In this document: piece by piece, positions 56,001 to 64,000 of the stretch
Numbering within the stretch: the stretch's first letter is position 1
Layout: each line of letters begins with the position of its first letter
From: Hormiphora californensis
Lineage: Eukaryota > Animalia > Ctenophora
Assembly: GCA_020137815.1 (NCBI GenBank)
Contig: CM035355.1
Location: forward strand, 7,564,001-7,628,000
Direction of reading: 5' to 3'
Length of the DNA: 64,000 bases
Position numbers and translations under genes: made by a program
The notes under the pieces: model-generated
The model's input: the letters and a program-made list of their open reading frames with translations, nothing else
What the model was told of the DNA's origin: nothing
Databases searched by the model: none

Positions 56001-59000
56001 GCTCACGGATATATATGCAATAATAGGGGTGACTTCGTAACCAAGCAATTACTTCACCAACTAAATAACTCTATCGCATTCTCCTCCTAGCTTTATCCCC
56101 CAGCTCTAACTAACTCCCTCTCTCTTCCTCCCCGTTTAGTCTCTATCGATGAAGGGTAACATGGACATGTATGATGCTGGTATGAAGGAGTGTGTTGAGC
56201 TGGGGTGTGACTGGTACTTTGCCATGGATAGCGTCATCTCACTGACTGAGAGGACCGTGCTAAAGGATCTGATTTACTGGAACGAGAGCATTATAACTAC
56301 CCAACTAACACAACCCGGACAGGTATTGTAAGATTATTTATCAATAAAGTTGATCAAAAACTGTATTTTCTTCCTTTAGGATTAGGAGGTCAGAACTTTA
56401 ATTTTGTACCATCAAAAACTATAATTTCTTCCGTGTAAGGACTTGAAGGATAGGTTGGGGAATTGTAATTTCCCTATTTACAATTGAAGGGTACAACATC
56501 TATCCCCTCAGTACTGGAGTAACTTCTGGGGTGACGTTAACAAGGATGGGTTCTACAAGAGATCACCTGACTACTTTGAACTGGTGAAGAGAGAGCGAAA
56601 AGGGTTGTGGAATGTGCCTTTTGTTAACAACCTCATTGCTATCCGAGGAGATGTAGTCCGATCTGGGTTAGTAATCAACTGGGTGGGAATCGGGTTAGAC
56701 GTTATTATTATTAAACTGGGTTATTGATAATGGTGCTGCACACTTGAGGAATGTATCGTGTATGACATGTGGTGGTAGCAACCTTGGATTTGCCCCAAAA
56801 TAGTTTCCAACTTTTAGTCAGAGACTAGAGAGCTATAATCTACCCCCTTATCCCTCACCCCTAATACTCGCTTCACTCAGATCGGTAAAGTACCACCATG
56901 AGAAATATGACGACAGTAACCACGACGTGTCTTTTGCTGCTAATGCACGTGCAGCTAATGTGTTCATGTACACTGTTAATTTGAAGTACCATGGACATCT
57001 CAAGGTTAGTCATATCTTGCCCCAATCAATTTCAATCTACCCAAACCCAAGTTGGGGTCATCTTGAGTTTTGGTCAGCTATAAGTGATGATGATAGGTAG
57101 AAAAAGTTTTGGTAGCTTGGTATCTTCTCATTTCCCAACTAGGATCTCCAACAGGGGTTCACTTCCAATTAACTTCGCTTTTATAAATCACTAACTCTCA
57201 CCCTACCCGACAGAGAATGGAGAACTACACAGATGCGAACACCCACAACGATCTTTGGCAGATATTCATTACCCAGTCGACTGGAAGCTGAATTATATCC
57301 ACCCCAGCTATGATAAATATGCTGCTAAAATGAGGCACCATTTCCCTCAAACCTTGTCCCGATGTTTTCCATTTCCCCTCCTGTCTAGTAAGTTAAACTT
57401 CTTGCCCCAAACAAAGGATCAGATTAAATCATGGCGCCCCAACAATTCAATTTTTCATTCAATATCTCTAACAAGTTTGTCATTAATATATCTCTAACAA
57501 GTCCCCAATTATTTACAGAAAAGTTCTCGTGGCACATCTCCACGAGCTGGAATCTATTCCTGGGGTTGTATTTGCTGGATCGGGGGTTAACATGATAACC
57601 GGTTAGCTGGTGGCTATGAAAATGTGCCTACTGTTGATGTTCATTTTACACAGATTAACTTCCAGGTGAGTTGGTAATGAAATTACCCCTCTGTTATTAT
57701 ATGCAATAAAGGGGTGACTTCGTAACCAACAGGTGACGAGAGATTGAACCATTCGAATAGAAACATTAGCTGTGCAATATACCTGATTAAAAAGTATTGA
57801 TTTTATTTGGAATGCGCTGCAGCCCCCTCATGCGCGCACCCCCGCACCGAGGGGACTGAGGGAATGCCGCGCGCGCGTTTTGGCCTGAGCTCAGGACGGG
57901 CCCGGCTGGGTCAAGATAACTTTGCGAGCGAAAAAACGGCGTGTGCTTATAACTTTGGCCCCTGAGTCCGTTTGACTTGATTCTTTCACTAGCTGTTAGA
58001 TCTGCCAATTATCTACCTTGCTGTTTTTGAGAGATGAGTTAATTGAACTTCAGGAGGCTGAGCATAACCGTTCAAAGATGGTTTGTTTTCAAAAAACGTC
58101 ACAGATCCCTGCAGGGACACTTTGTTTCAAAACTTTGTTTAAAATCTCGAATTTTTTTATTTTAAGCACTCTATTTTGCGGAGTTTGGTTCATATCTCCT
58201 GTTCCTGATAAAGAAGAGACCTGAAACCGGTTGCATTTGAAAGCTGTTATCTTCCTCTTTCCAACGCTACCAAACGATTTCTGTACCTTATCTGAAACCG
58301 GAGATATGATTTGATTTGTATTCCCCCCCAGCGCGGTATTCCCTCCAGGCCCCTTATATTATATATAAGGGCCTGCAACGTATGCCAATGAATTTTATTG
58401 ATTTAAAAAGTATTGATTTTACTGATTTTATGCGAATTTGTCAAGTTTTAAACAATAACATCCTCTAACAGCAAAGTGGCTAAAGGTGCTCAGGGACTAC
58501 GTTGGACCCATCCAGATGCGAGTTTTCGAGGGCTACAAATTCCACGGATCGGCTTATTTGAGTTTTGTTGTGAAATATCACGAGGCCGGACAAAGAAGTT
58601 GGTTCCTCATCATGACCATTCTACCTTTACCACTAACACTGCCCTGAATGAACAAATATCCGATTATGAGGTACGTTAGAGGGAATGATAGGGGGATCTA
58701 GTAGTTTAGAGGGGGAGGATAGGGATCTAATAGTTTAAAGGGGAAGGATGGGGATCTAGTAGTTTAGAGGGGTCTGGGAGATAATTGTATGTCTCTTTTA
58801 AGTATGTTACCATGCCATAGCTTTCCTAATTAGGGCATAATGATTGCAGCTCGCTCAGACCCTTTTTATTCATGGTAAAAAGGTAAAAAGGGTACGAGCA
58901 GTTTAGTTTTCTTTCCCATGCCTCTTTCCCATATAAGTTGCTAAGTTGCCACATCAGCACACCTCCTTCACGTACACAGCTGCAGAACTAGGAAGTGACA

Positions 59001-60176
59001 ACTCTTGGATGTGTTTGTTTCCACAGTCGTTGTTCTTTTACTTCATATACTGTATGTAGAAAGAGAGAGAGAGGGGAGATGCAGAGAGAGAGCGAGAGAG
59101 AGCAGAGAGATCGAGAAGAGAGATATAGAGAGATTAGAGAGAGATAGAGAGATAAGAGAGCCGCTCATCGCTCTTCTCTCCGCTCTCTCTTCTCTATCTC
59201 TCTATCTCTCTCTCTCTCTCCTCTCCCTCTCTCTCTCCTCCTCTCTCGCTCCTAGAGAGCTAAAGAGGCTGTGATAGAGAGGGGTTGTTTTTTGTCAAGC
59301 TCTACCTACTGCAGCAGTAAGCTGTCCGTGGTGGCATGTTTTTGATTGGACATTGGACAATGATCCCTCCCTTTCATCTAGAACCTACTCTAGAAAAATA
59401 TCCTAGAAATATATCCTTCTCGAAAAGAGCGGCAGCTTTTACCGGCCAAGCAGCGAATTAGACAAAGAGATAGAATTGCGTGCAGAGTGTGTGTTAATTG
59501 GCTTGATTGGTTGATTTACGCTAATTGGAAGTGTGTAACTCGAGCTTGGGTGGAAGAGAACCGCCTTTATCAACCCAATATTTTCTGAGAACTGAGATAC
59601 TACAATAGATCTTCCCATTCCCACCCTCATTTGACACATATTTCACTTTTCAGGGTGGTGGCAGCTACTATCTTATTCGACAGAAATGTCTCGTCAGGGA
59701 TGTTTGATGTAAGTACTCTCTCTCAAAACTCATCTTGTCAGTGTTTCTCTTTTTTTCTCTCTCATGCTGCTCACTTAAAACTCATCTTGTCAGTTCCTCT
59801 TTTCTCTAGTTTTCTCCCTTTTTTCCTTCTTTAAACTTCTCTGTCATGTGCCTTTCACTAGGGTTGCAGCAATTCTAGAGACATTAATGATCTGGCCACC
59901 TGTTCGGACGTGACCTAATATGCCCCATATTCTCTAACCCAATTGAACCCTAGCTTTCCTCAATTTGAAATCCCTCAAAATCCTATAATGTACCCAGTGT
60001 GTTACTAACCACACTGCCCAGTATAAAACCAGTGGTTACAAACCACACCGCCCAAGTTACCACCCTCTCCACAGATTGGATGGACTCTAATTCACCCGGT
60101 CGGCTGACACACTTCCACGAGGTAAGGAGATCACAAAGGAACCAGATACATTCTTGTTAGTTTCAACGATCCTTAG
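53074..60176 (+). CDS. PLOD: Procollagen-lysine 2-oxoglutarate 5-dioxygenase (lysyl hydroxylase/glycosyltransferase), multi-exon
   Basis: Signal peptide. GT domain (FTVAS, GGGYKVNLLK, FTDSYDV, DDDQLYYT, HGNGPTK). Accessory domain (WSNFWGDVNKDGFYKRSPDY, GLWNVPF). LH domain (GGYENVPTVDVH, PHHDHSTFT, HPGRLTHFHE, GTRYILVSFNDP*). Confidence 0.93.
53869..54023. mobile_element. MITE (TAAAGTCGGATTTTTTGAAGTTGTCACCCC TIRs); second copy in opposite orientation at 61339-61494
   Basis: About 30-bp TIRs; the internal sequence is the reverse complement of 61339-61494. Confidence 0.85.
55169..55382. mobile_element. MITE (TAAAG...CTTTA termini) sharing internal sequence with 61077-61314
   Basis: TIR CCCCAAACTACTATGTCCCT / AGGGACATAGTAGTTTGGGG; internal TTTTGTGAAATTTCCCACG...CCCTGATGAGATA..GACTTGAA shared with the 61077 element. 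Confidence 0.7.
57671..57729. mobile_element. Tiny MITE (TTGGTAATGAA...CTTCGTAACCAA) with about 8-bp TSD; relatives at about 55972-56044 and 34651-34722
   Basis: Flanked by CAGGTGAG/CAGGTGAC; the 55972 copy is flanked by GCAATTAC on both sides. Confidence 0.7.
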
Positions 60177-61076
60177 AGGAACTTTTGAATAGAACTTTTT
60201 TTTTGACACACTTCTAATTATTATATCAAGGGAATTTTCAAATAAACTATAACACTACATACATAATTTCATAGACACTTTTATACGCATAATATCACAT
60301 TTATTGAAACAGTGCATTTAACTTATTTTTATTTTTCATACCTTTGTATTGGGAGAATAGAAGCCGAGTAAAGGAGAAGTTTTGATTTGTAGCCTATGCT
60401 GAACTGCAGCCATCTTTCTTTTGTCTGGCGATGCCGGACCCCTTTTGATTCTCATGACAGTGCACTCAGATCGGGTTCGGCGCCGCCAGACAGATTTTGA
60501 TCTAATTTGAAACTATTTAACTCTGTAGCTGCGGGTGCCAAGAGGTTAAAGGCTGTATTTTTTTTGTTCTATGTAAAATGTAAATACAACTTATCCACAA
60601 TTTACAGGAAACTCAGACCATTTTTCCTTTTCCTTTCCTTGTAAATCAATTAAAACGCCCTAATACCTTTATGCTGCAGAATCCAGGGTGCAGGTTCTAC
60701 ACCTTTCCAGAATATTCTAACCGGATGCGCCACTATTCGGTAACAATGTTCTATGTAGCTCCACACCTTCTGGAACACGCACAGTCCGTGACGTGGCAGG
60801 GAAAAGGGGTGAGTGGAGAGAGAATCTGTGCGGATAGATTTGTGCAGAAAACGTGTAGACAGGGTGAGAAGTTGTAGGGCGCGGGAGAGTTGTATGGGAA
60901 GGATGGCGCGAATGTAAACCGCGCGCACCTCCCGTGAGCCATGATGGACGATTCAAGGTCCGCGCGAGGAAGTCCATGTGTCTCCCCGCTCCGCGGCGGT
61001 CCCCGTCACATGTCGACTGTCCCACATCATTATCACATGCCTCCATTGGCACTTGAAATTGGACGGTCCCACGGGG

Positions 61077-61314
61077 TAAAGAAAAACCCAAGCAACAATA
61101 GCCCTCACTTGGTTTTTGTGAAATTTCCCACGATCATTGCTTCACCCCCTGATGAGATAGAGACTTGAATTTTGTACTACCAATTGTAGTTTGGATAGAT
61201 CATGTCGGTTCTACCTCACTACAAAATTTCAAGTCTCTATCTCATCAGGGGGTGGAGCAATGACCGTGGGAAATTTCACAAAACCCGGGCTATTGTTGCT
61301 TGGGTTTTCCTTTA
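61077..61314. mobile_element. Palindromic MITE
   Basis: AAAACCCAAGCAACAATAGCCC...GGGCTATTGTTGCTTGGGTTTT; inverted symmetry extends through almost the whole element. Confidence 0.8.
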
Positions 61315-61509
61315 GAAATGTCTCCGCCGATCCTCAAATAAGTCGGATTTTTGAAACTGTCACCCCCCTTTTTCATGCCGGAATGTTTTTTTGCGCGTCA
61401 CATCACATGTTACCGTGTGGGTGTGCGCGTCAAAATTGATAAATTTCACATGCGCGGTCATTTTGGGGTGACAGTTTCAAAAAATCCGACTTTATGAAAA
61501 TGGGACGAA

Positions 61510-62269
61510 GGGCGCGCACAGACTGTTCATGGCGTGATCATGTCCATAGCGTGGACAAGATTTTGATCAAGTCACGCAGACTGTTCAAGCTTGATCATCT
61601 GATCAAGCTTGGACAGTAAAAACTGAAACTTATTCATATCAGCAAAAACCACTGTACCAACTGATTTTGATACTCTGATCACGTAAGCTAGTTTTCAAAT
61701 CTGTCAGAGGTCAGAAAGTGTTCTAATTGGGCATAATTGGGTCTAATTGACCCCACTTAAAACTTGTCACCTGAAAATAATAGACGCTTATGTGAGGGCA
61801 CTTTTCCGACTATATTTGATACGCTGAATCACATAAACAACTTTCCCGCCCCCCGAGGTCGGGAAAGTGTCCTAAATTGAGTATAATTGAGTCTAATTGA
61901 CCTTAATTGCTCAATTGGACATTTCCCGACCTCTGGGCTTGGAAAAGTTGCTTATGTGATTCAGCTATCAAAATTAGTCGGAGAAGTGCCCTCACGTCAT
62001 TTCCAGGTGACAAGTTGTAAGTAGGGTCAATTAGAACCCAATTATGCGCAATTAGGACACTTTCCCGACCTCCGCAAGGATTTGAAACTAGCTTACGTGA
62101 TTCAGAGTATCAAATTAGTCGGGTACAGTGGTTTTTGATTTGATATGAATAAGTTTCAGTTTTAACTGTCCAAGCTTGATCAGATATCAAGCTTGAACAG
62201 TCTGCGTGACTTGATCAAAATCTTGTCCACGCATGGACATGATCACGCATGAACAGTCTGTGCGCGCCC
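61510..62269. mobile_element. About 760-bp foldback element / long palindromic MITE
   Basis: GGGCGCGCACAGACTGTTCATG...CATGAACAGTCTGTGCGCGCCC with inverted arms of more than 300 bp; GAA on both flanks (possible 3-bp TSD). Confidence 0.85.
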
Positions 62270-63806
62270 GAACGGTTCAGGACGGCTATCAGCAAAAACG
62301 TGTAGACTGATAGGACCTACAGCACCAATCTGGTACCTTCAGTGTTATAGGCTACAGTGTAGCAGCCGGTACCAAAGCGGTGCTTGGACCATTTGTCCCC
62401 CCGGGATCCCGCGGGACCGTACAAAAAGTTCAAAGCCGGACTGAGTGGCTCAAGCGGTCTAAATGAACAAAACACAAACAGTGTTTGTCAACAACCACAC
62501 ACAATCACTTATCACAATGTTTTTGGACACTTTGTTGTCGAAATATTAATTATTGGAAGGGCCTAACATTGCCAGTCAAAATGCTGGCTGCTGAGGTAAT
62601 TTGGGTGACGTGTATCTCTAATCGGTAGTGTGTCTTCCAGACTCTATAATTGTCTGAAATGGAAGTCAACCCAGAAGAAGAGAAAGATCATATAGCATGT
62701 GTTTACTGGGAAACTTCGAGATATACTCCCACACGCGACCAACATGTTGAGCTGAATTTAAAATGTACAATACAAGTGTCTGTTTCCTCTCTCATTCTCT
62801 AATCTCTCATTCGCTACCTATCTCTACCTATTTCTCTCTCTTCTCTCCTGCATGTTCCTCGTCTGTCATGTCAGCTCTCACACCGGTCCTTCGGCTTTCG
62901 CGAGCCCGAAGGGCGAGCGCTGAATGGGCCGAACGAACAGACCGCGTAGCATGGCAAGTTATGTCAGAGCATGAGCATTGGCATGACGCGTGAGAACTGT
63001 GGTCAGGAGCATTGACCGGTCGCTCTGACAGGCTCCAATCAAGCCCGTCTGGGGTGAAAACCCGTCAGACAGCGTTAGAACGGCATCTAGACGCCGTTTG
63101 CGGCAAATGAACATTTCCCAATGAATCAAAGTCCTACTCCTAGCATTTGCAGATGATTAGTCATGACTAGTCATGACTCATGACTCTAAGCTCTTGAAAG
63201 CCATTTGCATCAGTCTTATGGCAAGTCAGAATGATGGCTATTGGCTATTTGTCGATTAAATAATTAATACACAGCTTTTTCCAAAACACAATAGTCGTGT
63301 ATTGTTTAATAGTTGCACATTCTAAGTAGTTTTGTTTGACAAAAAACTCTGAAATCAGAATTGAATTTCAGCTGGAGATAATATATTAGTTCATTGTTCA
63401 ACTTGGACCCCTGTGTTCGAACACCCTTCTGAGTGGGAGTTCAAGTCTTCGGCAAATAGGTTCCTAATAAAGTTGTGAAAAATAAACTGTCTCCATCCAA
63501 AGACATAACATAATTGCATGCACAGCTTTTACATAATTAACTCACTCTTACGTATTCATACTGTAGGATCTCTCATCAGAACTCCAAACTCTCTCAGAAC
63601 GCATCATGTCTTTAAACCGAGCTCGGGAAATATGGTAGGGAAGTGCAGAAGCTCTTCTGAAAAGTTTCATCTTCTTTTGAACCTTGTTGAGCACTGTCTG
63701 GTGCCGCGACCCCTTCTGAGAATGGGTATGGTGCCGCCATAGTACAGGTTGAGTAAGGGTCAACAACTTGTACCTTCTTCAACAACTAACAATCTGCAGA
63801 AAACTT

Positions 63807-63998
63807 TTATAGTGGTGCAGCAGGGGCCACATTGTTTACCTCTGCAGATACTACGTTGAGACCAATATTATTATTACTAGACTCCCGTCGACGACCACTG
63901 CAGCAGCAGCAAAGACTCATCAGCTGTTTTCGTAGGATGACCAGCGGGTTGAGTGCAGCGTTAACCACTATTAGAACCATCAAAATACCATTAGCCCC
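63807..63998 (-). CDS. 3' end of a probable rhodopsin-class GPCR (TM7 plus Cys-rich tail), continues beyond the window
   Basis: Manual minus-strand translation GILMVLIVVNAALNPLVILRKQLMSLCCCCSGRRR...APAAPL* gives an NxxxNP TM7 motif followed by basic residues and a Cys cluster. Confidence 0.55.
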   Translation of the reverse strand, partial: GANGILMVLIVVNAALNPLVILRKQLMSLCCCCSGRRRESSNNNIGLNVVSAEVNNVAPAAPL

Positions 63999-64000
63999 TC

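Overview
Eukaryotic, intron-rich animal genomic DNA, most likely a ctenophore (comb jelly). The evidence is two copies of what I recognise as the ctenophore spliced-leader (SL) exon, an Epsilon-type ionotropic glutamate receptor with a Cys-rich M1-M2 insert, and compact multi-exon genes. The assembly is error-prone: there is a 100-N gap at 10096-10195, single-base indels inside conserved host exons, and noisy CT/AG tracts, so frameshifts are weak evidence of pseudogenisation. Host genes: TEX2-like (+), a PIM-like kinase fragment, an Ig/Eph-Cys-repeat single-pass receptor, a Shaker-family Kv subunit with silent-subunit signatures, DNAI2, AGBL4/CCP6 (-), two intronless cathepsin-ShKT genes plus a propeptide-only derivative, an iGluR, PLOD and the 3' end of a GPCR. 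Mobile DNA: an L2-like LINE, two ORF1-only retroposons, a full-length CR1-group LINE and many MITEs. The most notable signal is that two unrelated retroelements (4141 on +, 34468 on -) begin with the same 42-nt SL-like sequence (39/42 identical), suggesting retrotransposition of SL trans-spliced RNAs. The full-length one lies sense-oriented in a probable AGBL4 intron, has a 5' UTR of only 16 nt, and carries an ORF1 with an AlkB-type 2OG-Fe(II) dioxygenase upstream of an SGNH esterase. Exon coordinates were read by eye and are approximate.
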